From: Hydrolagus affinis
Taxonomy: Eukaryota
Reading direction: 5' to 3'
NCBI GenBank assembly: GCA_012026655.1
Contig: JAAILG010001080.1
Span: forward strand, 1 to 64,000
Length of the DNA: 64,000 nt
Shown: one piece after another, positions 1 to 13,334 of the stretch
How positions within the stretch are numbered: position 1 is the first letter of the stretch
Layout: every line of letters begins with the position of its first letter
Notes under the pieces: model-generated
What the model was told of the DNA's origin: nothing
The model's database searches: none
What the model saw: only the letters and a program-made list of their open reading frames with translations
Position numbers and translations under genes: made by a program

Positions 1-25
1 GCACAGCAGTATCTCACAAACAGTC

Positions 26-190
26 ATGGAAGTGGGATTAAGGGAAATGGGGGGGAAAAGATGTCAAGGGGAGGGGTCGGGGCATGGGGAAGGAGAGCAG
101 GAAAGAAAAGGGGGGAAGAGAGAAGAGGGAGAGAAGGGGAAGAGAAAGTGGGGAAAGGGAGTGAGGGAAGATTACGATGGGTTAGAGAAA
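26..190 (+). repeat. Polypurine (G/A-rich) low-complexity tract
   Basis: Almost only G and A (ggggaaggagagcaggaaagaaaagggggg...). This explains the spurious 62-aa ORF. Confidence 0.8.
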
Positions 191-658
191 AAAAAACATA
201 TCCGAAGCCGCTGACAATATGACGAGGAAACTAATTCTGACAACAAAAGATGTGATGCGAATAAATATGTTGATGAGAAAATGCTGCCATCCTACTGGTC
301 ATTGGGACTCGTAAACGAAAGGCTTTTTCTATTCCACCTCTTGGCTCAACTTCTATCAAATAGACAAAAGAGGGAACGCAATCCAGTTTGAGGAGAGTGC
401 GCAAAATGCAGGTCTCCAAAGAGACACGCAATATCTCACAATGATCCAGTTATGGTATTGTACACATTTGTTCCCCTGTATTTATAGATTGAAGGTTCCC
501 AAGCTGAAGCAAATATGTGATGCGTGAGAGAATGGAGACAGATTATTCATAAAGAAACTCACCGATCGCCTATATGAAAGTCCCATGTTAGTGTCATGAT
601 GCATTTTTTGATGAAATGTAAGAGCCATGAATGACTAAAACCTGAAATAAAATACCGT

Positions 659-980
659 GGAGTCCTGTAGCTCAGTGGTTCGAGCACTCGCCTTGTAAGC
701 AAGGGACTTGGGTTAAATTCCCGGCAGGGTGAAACCCTGGGCAAGTTTCCTTACTCCACACACCTGATAATAATCCCTCAAAAAACGCAATAATAAATTG
801 ATCATTTCAATCCACAACTGTTTGTGGGACACTGCTATGCGCAGTGTGTTTCTGCAGTGCTGCTGTGTTTCGCTCACACATATACACAGTCAATTCACTT
901 TACAGTATATTCTGTGAAGCGCTTTGAGACGTCTAGAAGACATGAAAAGTGCCATATCAAATGCAAGGATTATTATTATT
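659..980 (+). mobile_element. Full-length tRNA-derived SINE (short form; Deu-like body, L2-type tail)
   Basis: Head GGAGTCCTGTAGCTCAGTGG (A box) ... GGTTAAATTCC (B-box-like), body ctgtttgtgggacactgct, tail gtgaagcgctttgagacgtc...atcaaatgcaaggat(tat)n. Many homologous copies occur in the window. Confidence 0.9.
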
Positions 981-1574
981 AAAAACAAGCACAATGGGTT
1001 ACACCTGAACGGCTAACTTTGCTTTCTCTTTCACCCACTGATCAACGCACAGATATATCCAGCGTTTTTGCACGTGTGTCTTACTTTATGTGACTCAATT
1101 GGCTCTGAGTAATGTATAACCATAATGCTGGCAGACTCCTGATTTATTCCCATTGCCGCAAAATCTCATTGATTTCTCGGTGGTAGTAAATCCTAATTTA
1201 GCTACTCCTGTTTTATATTCCGGAGTTTGCTCCATCAATTTCCAGGAGCAACTGAAAATGTTTTGCAGAAACATTCCCGTGGAAATCAAATCAACTTTTG
1301 TGATGATGCTAATTAATAATAATAATGATGCTTACATTTCCAACAGCGCCTTTCACACCTGGAGGACGTCTTAAAGCACTTCAAAGAAATTATTGCGTAG
1401 GAAAATGACTGCGTGTGTCATGGGCGAACATGAAAGCCAATTTGCACACAACAATGCCCCATAAATGTACAGCATGGAGCCCTAAATATCTTTTTCTGTT
1501 TCCGTTTAGGTTTCCAGTGTACATAGCGAATGTGGTAAGATTGACGACAATAGCAACAAAATTACACTCGTATA

Positions 1575-1617
1575 CAACAACTAACAACAACACAAAGACA
1601 ACAACAACAACAACACA
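1575..1617 (+). repeat. Imperfect (ACA)n microsatellite
   Basis: caacaactaacaacaacacaaagacaacaacaacaacaacac. Confidence 0.8.
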
Positions 1618-2367
1618 AAGAGACGGTACTGCGTGGGTTGAGATAATTTGGATGTGAAAAGACAAATGATATGAAAGTGCTACAAAAAAAAACTTAATCT
1701 CAAAGGGGAAGAAGACACAAGTGGAGAGAAAGCAAACAGTGATCAGTGGAAATGAACAAAAACCAATATAGGATATAAATTGAAAATAAGAGACAACAAA
1801 GTGGTCGAGAATAACATGTTACTCCCCCATTATTTTCAAAAAAAAATGTGGATGTTATTTCTCCATTGCCAACGTCCTACGATAATTTAATTTTTTGCAA
1901 TTACATTATAATCCCTAATGTTATTATAATTTGTATATGCATAATGAAATATGATATCTCAACGCACTCTGCATCTTAATTCATCAATACATTCCCTTTT
2001 ACCGCAGTGCGCAGTGGATGCATTTAATTGGATCACCTATTAAGGTGACGCAATATTTATAATCCGATTCATTACTTTTTAAATATGTGGCAATATTCCG
2101 TTAGTTTTAATAGCAGCCGGTAATAAGTTGGACACAATTGAACTCGCAAATCTTAATTAAAGTTGGCTAAAGTGAAAATTACCCATGGCATGTGAGCAAT
2201 TGGGAATTTGTGGCTCGTGAAAAAAAAACGCGCACACGAAAACCCTACACGGCTGCAAATGGTGGAGCAGTGGGGATGAGAGTTGTGTAAAGAGCCATAT
2301 ACACAGCATCTTCTTTAGCCAAGGAAAAAGCAAATTCAACATTGTGTAAATGATGATGGGCGTGCTA

Positions 2368-2592
2368 CAGTAAAAGCCCGTTTATCCGGCACCCGATCAA
2401 CCGTAACTTCTGTATAACCGGCACCTCAAAAAAAAAGTCCGCATTCGATTAACCGGAATTTATCTGGAAAAATGCATTATTTTAATTTTTTTTATTAAAT
2501 TTAATTTTTTGTGTTTTCGGCCGAATATCCGACACGCACTTTAACTGGCATTGGCCAGGTCCCGAGGGTGCCGGATAAATTGACTTTTACTG
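2368..2592. mobile_element. Non-autonomous Tc1/mariner-superfamily (pogo/Tigger-like) MITE, 225 bp
   Basis: 27-bp terminal inverted repeats: CAGTAAAAGCCCGTTTATCCGGCACCC (2368-2394) versus the reverse complement of 2566-2592, 24/27 identical. Flanked by TA at 2366-2367 and 2593-2594. CAGT termini. Confidence 0.9.
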
Positions 2593-3989
2593 TACTAGGC
2601 CAATGGCTCAGGAACGCCCAAAATAATCTTCCTGTGATATCTTTAAAATGAGATGTAATGGTCAGCATAAGAGGGGAGGAGGTGTGAAAATGGGATACTT
2701 AACACGCTGATCATTAACACTTTGTGGCACTAGTCTTTCAAGCTAAGGTTGAATTTAAGACATGTTTTCCCCAAAAATACATGGGAGATTTCACACCTGT
2801 GCCACCCGCCAAGGACAAAACCACTGCCTCTGGCCTCGCCTATGCCTACAGACCGAGAGCTGAGAAATTGTCCCATACTTCCTTCGAGGGAGCTAACAAT
2901 AAAACGTTATTCCTAGTCATCTCACTGAGTTTAACTGAGTTGCATAATGCACTCTTTCTGCCACTCCTCTACAGAAAGCTGTCCATTTCCAAATTGGCCG
3001 AGTCTATTGAGGGGTCAAGATGTGTTCAGCTGAATACACCGAGATATCCATAATTTGTACATTTATATAGTTCAACGCAGAGGCTTCGTAAATGTATGAT
3101 TTGGAGCTGGTTGGGCTATTAAAAGACACATAAAAATGACTATAAATTTGCTTAGTATGACTGCTATGATAGATTAATGACCCATTGCCTGATTAATAGT
3201 CACTGCTTGACAGCTTTCTCAAAACCTCCCTTGCACTATCAATCCACACTCCAGCCTGGCTCCATACGTGACATTCAACATATTGGACAGATTCAAATTT
3301 GCTGTATGGACTGGTAAACAGGGATGCTGGTTGTCTCTTTCCTCCACCTCCCCCCCTCTTCTCTTTAGAATTGATGCATGTTGGTTTTTGTTGCCTGAAT
3401 TGACTTGTCCGCTTTAACCTCCACTCTCTGCGAGAGAAATAATCAAGCAGCAGTCAACGTTCAATGGTTGGGCTCCAGCTGAGAGCAGGTGCAATTTGTG
3501 CTACACAGATTCCCCCGCAGTAGATCAGTAAAGAGCGGTGTTTGCTCTTAAATTGATAAGGAGCGAAGAATTAGATCAATAACATCCATTTGCCACACAA
3601 GAACAAACTTGTACCTCAAGCAGCTAACACAACAACCCAATTGGGTTCAGCCTAAAATAATTATTTTTAATCTCTTTTCACCCCACCCCTTTTTTCCCAC
3701 CACAAAGTTTTGCGCTTTTCATTCCTTCCATACTTTTTGCGTCCCTAGTTTTCTGCGCTATTTGGGGATTTGATTCATGTAGGCTGATTCACAATCCAAT
3801 TTCCATCTCTGGTCTGAGCAGATTGATCATATTTAATCGTCAATAGCTATGGATTTCTGATACGCTTTTTCTTGAGGCTGTGCGTGTACAATGTTAACCG
3901 AGCGCTAAATTGTTGCACAAAACTCGGAGAAAATAGCCCAAATCAGGCGTCAATAACTAACGGGTAAGGATTAAATGTAAGGATTATGA

Positions 3990-4216
3990 AAATAATAATA
4001 TGTGGATTCAGCACAATGCCTTTCACGTCAGAAGGACATTTCAAAGAGCTTCACAGGATTTACTGTTATGTGCAAAGCGTATGTTTGAAGATGAAGCACA
4101 GTTTGCCCTCCAAAATACACAGTTGATGCACTTTACAATAGATTTGTGAAGCACTTTGAGATGTCTCCATGACATGATAAGGCGCTAGATCAAATGCAAG
4201 GTTTCTTATTATTTTA
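3990..4216. mobile_element. Two SINE/L2-type 3' tails in head-to-head inverted arrangement
   Basis: Minus-strand tail at about 3990-4090 and plus-strand tail at about 4110-4216, both carrying gtgaagc.ctttga.atgtc...tga.aggc. Confidence 0.7.
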
Positions 4217-4601
4217 TTATGAAATCGGGAAGATCAATGCATAACAAATGCCTTGAAACATCATCATAATAACAATAATAATTATTTTAAAGGAATTATT
4301 ACCCCCGGAAAAGCGATCCGCCAATCGACAAACGATAAATACAGCTACAAAACTCAAGCTGCTGGCAGGAGAGCTCATTCGAAAAACAAAATAAATATCT
4401 GCAGAATGATAAGTGAACACAGTGTGAGCTGGCAGACATCTGCTGCCTGCCATCAGTTTACCACTATCCGCTTTGGAAAATGGTTATCTAGCAGCCGTGC
4501 ACCCCAAGATGTTTGTGAGCGAACAGGAGAGATGTTTCTAAAAGCAGTTCATAGCAAGACAGCTCATTATTAAAAATATTGACACAAAATGTTGACTCAA
4601 A

Positions 4602-4722
4602 ATAATGCTTGTATTTGATATCGCGCCTTATGCTGTTGAGACATGTCAAAGCGCTTCACAGAATATACTGTGCAGTGAATTGACTGTATATTTTGTGGGC
4701 GAAAATGCCCCCCAATTTGCAC
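4602..4722 (-). mobile_element. 5'-truncated SINE (3' part)
   Basis: caaagcgcttcacagaatatactgtgcagtgaattgactgtatattttgtgggcgaaa matches the family tail. Confidence 0.8.
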
Positions 4723-5799
4723 CTTTTAAAGCATAACCGCAGTTGTAATGTATCATAAGCTACAGTAAACTGCACTTTATCGAGCGCAGAGCTTTCGGTT
4801 ATAATATCAGCCCTGAGAGAGCTGTACCATTTTAATGCTTTGACATTAACAAGGATTTACACAGCGTCCTTCAACCAAGATAATGTCTCAGAGAGCTTCA
4901 CGGCAGGTTGGTTGAACTTAAGAGCAAGGGAGAAGGGGAGGCAAAGGTGACCATACACGCTGTTGAAGCGATTGGTTTTAGGGTGGAATTTAAAGCCAGA
5001 GTATCTACTAGTCAAACAATAGGTAAGAATCTTTCAGTTGAGAAGCACAAATCAGCTGCTAAACGCAACTACCCTCTCACAGGTGCACCTGGAATCACAT
5101 CCAATTCACACATAGTGATCGATATTACATACATCTTAATAATATTCAATGCTCCTCAACACACCTTCGCTCTGCTCCCTTGCCAAGTCCCGGTATATCA
5201 CTTGTTTCCCTGCTATGGCTCGCGCACGGCAAGGCACAAGCCAAGAAAACAATTAAACCCCTGCTATCTAGTCACTTACAGTCGGATTGCTGGACTGGAT
5301 CACAAAATTGAAAGCCTCGGGGGAAAATAATACAGATCAAAGGCATATTTCTTCTCAAAGCGAGAGGTTTTACGGGATAATTTAGCCACGTGGGTAATTA
5401 ATGCCATGCCAATCAACGCTTCTGAAAGAACGCTGAACAAATGCCAAACAACAAAAAAACGAATGCAGATGTCAGGGCTTAGATCATCAAATACCCCATG
5501 GTCCTTTGGCTCCAAAGCTAATGGGACCTTGGGAGTATTGCCTGTGGAACGCAACTGATCATGGTTACATAATGTGGGTTGTGATGTTACATTAATATCT
5601 CGAGGGGTTTTGTTCAATTGCCTTTTGAAGATTAGGGAGAAAACTTTACCTGTGGTTAGTTGTTACCCACAGGAGATTAAATCATTTAGGACAAAAAAAA
5701 AGATATTGCAAATTGTATGTTGGTTCATTGGTGGTGTGTCTGTTTACGTTGCAGAGATCTTCACAACAAGTTGGAAGTCTCTTGAAACTGTGATCCAGA

Positions 5800-5954
5800 G
5801 AAAAATCAAAGGAATAAAACTACTGGGGTATGGGGAATAGGCAGGTAAATGGGATTGAAAGATCACTCTTTAAAAGAGCCAGCACAGACATGATAGTCTA
5901 GACGGCCTTCATCTGTGCTGTAAATTTCTACGGTTCTATCATTGGTTCTATCAT
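5800..5954 (+). mobile_element. CR1 LINE 3' end
   Basis: ggggtatgggga...aagagccagcacagacatgat...ctgtgctgtaaatttcta, homologous to the CR1 3' UTR at about 23500-23629. Confidence 0.75.
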
Positions 5955-7985
5955 TGTACCTATGTACAAGTGTTTGCAGCGGTCAACATTTGTTTTTTCA
6001 ATTAAATTGATGTTTGAACGGTTCACTTTAGTTCTGTAAAGTTGCTATCGTAGTAAGGGAGTTGCTCGCGCGACGCAATAACTTTGTGGCTGTGCTGTTC
6101 ATTTTCGGTTTCATCCATCACACTGTAATCAGGCAAAACCGCCTTGTGCAGGGAGATGGGAATTTTTTCCGGACCTTTAAGCAGCCCGAGGAGTTAAAAT
6201 GAATATTGATGGTGAGATTCCTCTTATTTCAATCTTGTCCTAAGGGCAGCAAACAATACATGTCCTGTTCCACCTTTATCTGCCCCAAACAGACGGATTG
6301 TCAAACAACTGAATTCCTAACTCCTTTATAAATAGAAACAGCTTCTCAACCAAAGAAACTCGGGGGTGAATACTCGTTCTAATTAGAACATTGCATAATG
6401 ATACATTGGACACAATTGGCAGCTTCGTGCTGGCATTTTTTTTTGTTTGCTTTGTTATTTATTTTGGAGAAATACGATTCTTAATTGTTGATATCACGGC
6501 AAAGTTGCTTGCAGCAATTAAAATCCCTACGTACTTAATCTCGCTCAGTGATAACAGCCTTTTGGGTGTTCAGCAATCACAATGGCAAACTCTCAAGATA
6601 GAACTGTTTCAGATTTTAGCGTTCAAAGCACACGTCACAGCATTTGCTGGCTCTTGACCCACCCCCCACCCCCCACCCCCCCACCACCTTTTATTTAGCA
6701 TGGCAAAGGTTAATATGAAGTTGACACAAACACAATCCTTACACCAGATTACAGATTTATACGGTAATTAATGTTTTCAGATGCACAGTGAAATGAATGT
6801 ATTTGATTCCCATAATTAAAAAAAAATTAAAGATTAGAAACTCCATTAAAAAAAAACTAGCAGGATTCCATGAATTGTAATTAATAGGGATGGATGAAAC
6901 TACCCAACAGCAGAAATGTATTTCGAGGAATGAATGGTTAGGATTAACTTAAATAAATGAAGTTATCAGAATCTGGATTCCCCAGTTGATGTGACTCAAT
7001 TGCATTTCATACTTGCTTCATATTTGTGCTGATTTTAATTGACTCATTGTGAAAGAATCAGTATCTTTCAAGCTAACAATTTATGATACCACTAAGCTCC
7101 TCTGCAGGCAATACTGTGTGAGAAACTTTAATCACTAATCCATAGTTTCAGCAGCACAAATAGGATTGCGCTTTATTTAATAGTTCCACTTGTTCCCACT
7201 TTGCTTCTTTTTGTACGTCTGCAGTGTACGGAAAAGGTAGACTTTCAGCGAGAGAAAACGGTTTTGAAATTTGAAATGATTTTTTTTGGGGGGGCAGCTG
7301 CTATCACCAGCAACTTGGATTTATGCAGCACACTTTGTGTGGAGTAATGTATCGTAGTGCTTTACAGAGACGGTGATGAGACACTGATCCCAAGTTTGGT
7401 TCGGATGAAAAATGCCCTTTGATTCACCTGACCTCATCCTTCCAGAACACTCTCACTCCCGTCCTCCCATCTCAACATCAAGCAACTTTTTCAACAACTC
7501 CTGTGACCCTGGCCTCAGCCACCTTTCCTGGCAACCCTTGGTTTCTGTTGTTAATTGCCCTCCAGATATAGAGAAAACATTGTTGGTGTCAATTCTGAAA
7601 TCGCCCTTTGCAACTCTACACTCTCTCGCTCGCTCTGCTGTCTTGGTGCATCCAAAAGTATCAGTGTAAATGTGTGAGGTTCTTCTACTGAAATACATGC
7701 CATCGATATTACTTGCATTAGGGAATCGTTGGAGACGCAGTGAAGCAATGCACTCGGTTATACATTCTACTGCATAACCTGTTCTCAACCTTTCCCCATC
7801 TTGTCCGTAGCAATGAAACTCATCGTTGCTAACGATGACTGTTGGTTGGGGACTAACTCAAACTGAGTCTGTGCAATTGTGGGAAAAAAAGAAAAGACCC
7901 ATTTCGTGCACCAAGCAAAATGACAACTCAGTTTTTTGAATCTTTCAATCTCTCAAACCATCCAAACATGGCTTTCCATACTTAC

Positions 7986-8239
7986 TTAATCGTCTGCTTC
8001 TGAAGGATATCAGGGTCAGTTGCATTCAGTGTCACCACAAGGCTTCCTACTGGTATGTTCTCCGGCTTGACCACTGGTGTTGGGTTTGGATTGAAAATGG
8101 GCGCTTCGTTCACGTCAAGTACTGTGACTTGCACCGTGGTTGTGGAGCTGGGTCCAAAGCTGATCTCTGGCATGATTGGGTCTTCGTTTTCCACTTTAAT
8201 CAGGAGTGTGTGGAAGGCAGATCGTTCGTAATCTAAGGG
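7986..8239 (-). CDS. CDH13: Cadherin-13 internal exon (about human exon 10; EC3/EC4), 254 nt, phase 0/2
   Basis: Encodes [84 protein letters not shown](K), with LDYE, DVNEAP and NATDPD cadherin motifs. Acceptor taatttcAG, donor GTAAGT. Confidence 0.96.
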
Positions 8240-8380
8240 CTGAAATTAAATTGATTTCTTTTTTTAATTACAAAACAAAAGCAATAATGGTTGATATGTT
8301 GGAATAATTTAAAAAAAACACACACACCGAATCTACAATTCTGGGTAGCATGCCATTTCTTTGAAGGATTTCATGAGTAC

Positions 8381-8756
8381 CAGCTTGGCTCAGTTGCTGG
8401 GTCTCTAGATCAGAATATTGTGGGTTCAAGCTCCACGATAGGACTTTGAGAACACAATCTATATTGACACTCACAGTGACATGGGCAGAGCTGATGGTGT
8501 AGTGCTGACAGGTTACACCAAGGGTGGATGTTAGGGAAACCATTATCACTATTTGAAGTGAAAAGGAAGTTTCTCCCGGTGTCATGGCCAGCAATCTCCC
8601 AGATAAGATTAGTCGCTCACTTTATGACCGTTTGCGAGACACTGCTGTGCGCAAATTGGCTGTCGCATTCACTGTCAAACCCACAGTCACACTTGACAAA
8701 AGCGCTTCGGGACATCTGACATTATAGGCACTGTATTGAATGCTACGGTTATTATT
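8381..8756 (+). mobile_element. Older tRNA-Deu-L2 SINE (SacSINE1-like) occupying about half of the 760-bp intron
   Basis: Head cagcttggctcagt...gggttcaagctcc, Deu-like gtttctcccggtgtcatggccagcaat...gctgtgcgcaaattggctgtcgc, tail aagcgcttcgggacatc. Confidence 0.75.
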
Positions 8757-8999
8757 AGTATCGATTTCGAATGAAGCATATGTAAATAATTGTCATTGGA
8801 GATTCTTTAAACAATTTACCATCTTATAAGCTTTGGATTCCATCAGGGGAAAAATTGTTTGGATATTCTTGAGCACAGAAACTGGCTTGGATACTCTTGA
8901 GCAGGGTGATGGCCTTTCCGCGTGTGTCAAGACACCTAGCAACTAAAAGGTGAGGGATTTACAAGGGCAAACATATTGCGTACCAAAAAAAATCCTTAC

Positions 9000-9182
9000 T
9001 TTGTCAACTAAAAGCATTCCTTCGTTGTTTAAAGGATTGGTCTGGACTTTGAAGTTGTTGTCAGGGTTTCCGTTGATAATATAATAGACGGCCCTCCAAG
9101 CTCCCGTCGCTGGGTCATCTTTGTCCTCCACAGTCAGATTGACTATTGTCCCAGTAAATCCCTCTTTCACTGTTGCCTGGAA
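9000..9182 (-). CDS. CDH13: Cadherin-13 internal exon (about human exon 9; EC3), 183 nt, phase 0/0
   Basis: Encodes [61 protein letters not shown], with the [11 protein letters not shown] and TGAWRA motifs. Acceptor cttgtatcAG, donor GTAAGG. Confidence 0.96.
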
Positions 9183-9394
9183 CTGATACAAGACATCATG
9201 TTATCACTTTATGTTACCCTACCATGGAAGGAAATTAAGGCCTTGAGCACTGAGCCCTCTCTGGGTTCGGAGAATGCAATAAGCTTTCTCATCAACAAAC
9301 ACCCGCCTTAAGATCGGCTCAAGAATGTGGTCAGATTTGTGCAATTTTTTTCATTTCAGTGCTACACTTTTTAAAAAAAAAACATATTTCAGTA

Positions 9395-9690
9395 CGCAAT
9401 TGGCTGCTGCGTTTCGCCCACTCAATTCACTTTGCAATATATTCTGAAAAGTGCTTTGAGATGTCTCAATATTGCGATGAGGTGCTTTATCAAATGCAGG
9501 AATTATTATTGTACTGATTAACAAATGAACACAAATTCACTCATGTGGTCAACCTGCTGACATGATTAATATCTGTTTGCTCATTTTACCTACCAATACA
9601 CAAGGCACTGCACTTCACCGTAAAAATCCCATGAAGCGCTTTGAGGCATTTTGATGACACGATAAGAGCTGTATCAAAAATGCAAGGTTC
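9395..9690 (+). mobile_element. Two consecutive SINE 3' fragments (about 9395-9510 and 9600-9690)
   Basis: caattggctgctgcgtttcgccca...gtgctttgagatgtc...atcaaatgcagg, then gaagcgctttgaggc...aatgcaagg. Confidence 0.75.
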
Positions 9691-10431
9691 ATTTTGCGAA
9701 GAGCCTTGCGAAGTTTTTATGTACACCAATATTACTCATCCTTGAGTTGGAATTGGAAAACATATACATTTAACGTGTTCTCTAGGGATGAACTGAACTA
9801 TTGACATGATGAGAAATGATGTGGCAGAAGCATTCAAGGCATTGTGTGTCAATGCTCAGCCACACATTAACGGTCAACTGATACTAGGACAGAACCCCAG
9901 GGATTGAATTAACATCTTCGCCGATGGCAAAATGTTGCGTGAAGATACCACAAATCTGTGCAGAAACATCAATTAAAATTGCCCTCTTCAGTCTCTAATC
10001 ACTCTCAATAAATGGCAATTTTTGTACAGTAACATATCGCAGCATTGAAGTTGTCTTCGAGCATCCGTAATTGCAACATTAAGGCATTTCAGCAAAATCT
10101 TTTCCTCTCCAATTGTCACTAGTACTTTCTGTTTGGTAAATCTTTTCCCCCTTTTGCTGCTATTAATAAAATGAGCAGAGTTTAACATCTTCAGTGTGAA
10201 CATCTTTCATCCCCCATTCATCAAAATGCATCCGAGTCTTTAGAATTGATCTGAATAGAGATGTAAAACTGTCAGTTATTGCACAAATGTGCTACCAATT
10301 GTCACAACTACTCTTAGTGCGGAATTGCAGATCTGCACTAGATTGTCGATTTGGTGTCTTGTTCCGTGATGCTATTTTCTGTGGAGGGTGGGTGCGGGGA
10401 GGGATTTGTATGTTCTTCTGTTTAGTCAATT

Positions 10432-10690
10432 GGGACGTCCTCCCAATGTGAAAGGCGCTATACAACTGTAATTTTGTCGTTGTTGTTGCTGTTACCTTTC
10501 CCTAATTATCATTGAGTATTTAGGAATTATTTTCGGGTGCCAACTGATAAATTTTTGTTGAAAAGAATAATCTAATTGCTACACATTGTGGGAAGCTTTG
10601 TGAATTGCAATACTTGTCCTGCCTTCAACAATAACAACAAAATTACATTTCTAGAGCACCTTTCACATCGGGAGCATGTCCCAAGGCTTC
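10432..10690. mobile_element. Tail-to-tail pair of L2 3' ends (+ 10432-10493; - 10627-10690)
   Basis: ttgggacgtcctcccaatgtgaaaggcgctata...(gtt)n and its reverse-complement homolog about 130 bp downstream. Confidence 0.7.
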
Positions 10691-12344
10691 AATGAGGAGC
10701 ACTTCCGATGAAAGGTGTGATAATAATATACTGTAAATTGTATTCTATATATTTTTGCTCAACGTGCGACCGATGAGACTATAGTGAAATGTTTGATGTG
10801 CTGCAGATTGTGGACGGTGTAAGAGATGACTTATTACCCTCCCTTTAGTCCAATTCCTGTCCCATATACGAGTTACGCAGGCATTTTGTGTTTGTTCCCT
10901 CAGCTTATTTGCTGTAAATGGTTAGCTAGCCAGCAGCCAACTTTCTTATCCAGTTAGCTGAACCCTTTGGGTAGTAAGAGAGAATAAGTATTCCCCCCGG
11001 TTCACTGGTTGCTTTCCTTTAGTGCAGTGGTTCCTTATTCTGCAAAGTGGAGGAACAGTATGCTTTTCATCCAGAGGGTGCAGTCTGAATCAGATTGTCA
11101 AATATCTTCTGTGCTGTGCTTGAAGATTGAAACATATGGCATGAATTGGATGGGGAACAAATGGCTTACAAATGGCCGGGCATTAGGGAATATTAACCTG
11201 CCAGCCACACAGAGTGTTGCCATTTGCGTTGTTGGACATCTGTGTCTTGGAAAGCAAAAGGCAAAATGAACAGAAGTGTGCTCAGTAGACATAACCTTCC
11301 AGACATTCACTACCAGAGGGGAAAAAACGTTGGTTCCCTCATTTTTTCCGAATAAATGAATGATGTCCTGCAGTAATATATCGATCACCACAATGGACAA
11401 CCTCCTTAGACTCAAACACTGTAGTTCAGGCTACGGAGATAACACATTGCCAGATTTACAAGACAAATCTATCCTCCAAGCCTCAACCTAATACAATTTT
11501 GCTGTTGTTTGCACATTGAGCAATGAGACTCAGTTACCAGTTAAGGCACTCAGCATTTCTTCCTTGGCAGAGTAATGTAGCTTAGCTCAAGTCTTTGAAC
11601 TCAGTCTTCCTCCTGATATTGAGCTGACAACAAGTACTGGGATTTTAATTAAACACAAGACTAAATGCTATTTGGTTTGCATTTTGTAAGGGTTTGCTGC
11701 TTGTATTTTCATGGATACAGCTTGCCTTCAAAAACAACTTGTGATGTGTAGTTAACTGATACACTTAACTCAAAAAAATCTGTAATTTCATGTAGTTTCT
11801 GGTGTAAAGCCTCCATCTGAATTTGTTTTATAATTTAACAGTATAATGTTTGTAATTGATTATCACTACTTTTAAACTCCAAGGGTTTTTCACAGCATCT
11901 CCACTGATGGATTTCCATCTAACCATATGTGTGAATTGAGACACAGAATTGCTGATCATTCAACTCGAGTGTTTTGTGTATGCATGCTTCATAAGGATTG
12001 GCAGTAATGATGGGGAAACAATCAATGATAACGCACTGGCAGATTTTCCCACAATGGTATGAAACTGTGGTCTTATCAAACCAAATGGGTAGGACTGCGG
12101 AGATTAACTACAGTGGTATTAATAGCACACTACATTTAGACTCAGCAAATGTTCTTGTAATGGCAAAATTACAAGGCATCAATATCATATGACAGCACAA
12201 ACCCATCTATAACTAAACAGCACTTTGGCTGGCACTGGGGTTAGTGGCCTGTAGAGTCTTTGTTTGCATCTCATTATTGACGTATTCCATAGTAAGAGTT
12301 TTTTTTTCAGGCATTGCAAGTGTTTGCTTTTGGGACTTAAGTGG

Positions 12345-12620
12345 AGGTCACACACAGAGATGGTAGTGAGTTGGGGGTGGGGTGGGGGTGGGGTGGGAGC
12401 GGGTGGGAGGAGGGAAGGGTGAGGTCTTGGGAGGATTTGAAAGTGAGGACAAGGATCTTGAAGTCAATCCATGCGGTGGGGATAAGGAGTCAGTGGAGCC
12501 AATTGAGGATGTGGAATGATCGGTTCCCGGAGCTTGATGCAAGAAGTACTGAATAGTCAACAGCTTGTGTAGGGAGGAGCCGGCTGGACTGGCAAGCAGG
12601 AAAAGATATCTGAAGGTCAC
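12345..12620 (-). mobile_element. Degenerate L2 LINE ORF2 C-terminal fragment
   Basis: The minus strand reads ...ctccactgactcc...attgacttcaagatccttgtcctcactttcaaatcc (LH*L...IDFKILVLTFKS), resembling the L2 LHWLP...FKIL motif. Confidence 0.6.
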
Positions 12621-13334
12621 AAATGCATGTTTATTTGAAAAGCCTGACCATAAATGACAGACGCCTATTTCACTTTCCTATCATTGCCTTTTAGCCCGGA
12701 GTCAGCGGTGAGTGACAATACCATTCCATCAACCAGCACAATTCTAAAGTCCGTCGCTTTCTGCAAATACAACAAAAGCTGAGAAAGCACTGCCCAGTCA
12801 GTCGCGCAGTCCAAAAATAACACGGGATAGTATCTTCTTCAGTAATTCCCAGCGTTTATTCTGCTTGGCTGAGATGAGGTTTGCAGATAGATTATCTTAG
12901 CAAGCGCAGAAAAACACAGAGGCTGCATGATTTGGACCCATAGAAACTGACTGAAGTGAGTACGAAGCAAATGTTCATATGCTAATTAATGTATCTAATT
13001 GGAAAAATATGAATTTATTAATTTGTTTTTTCAACACTGAAACAACAAAATTATGCGCGGGGATTTAACACGGTTACATTTCCACTTAAGGACAGTAACG
13101 AATTGTTGACTACAGGAAAACAGAACAGCTCAGCTACTACTTTAGATCTGCACTTCTGCTCGTCAGTTCAGTTTCCGGTTATTGAAAAATAGAACAAGCA
13201 AGAATATTAATCACTTCATCTTAGGCTAGCCTGCTGTTGCTTGATTTACACTTAACTACATGCAGTCAACTACAGAACCCTTCCATAACCTACAAAGTTT
13301 ATATCTGTGAAGTTAGGCCTAATATAATTTGGCC

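Noticed and set aside
659-732. tRNA gene (also at 20770, 30038, 46434, 14559, 57526)
   Set aside because: A/B boxes and an anticodon-like arm are present, but the loop varies among copies (TGT, TAC, CGG, TGC), the acceptor stem is poor, and each head runs into a SINE body. These are SINE heads.
4908-5617. 140-aa and 105-aa ORFs
   Set aside because: No recognisable domain, no splice signals linking them to CDH13, and lengths within chance expectation for 64 kb.
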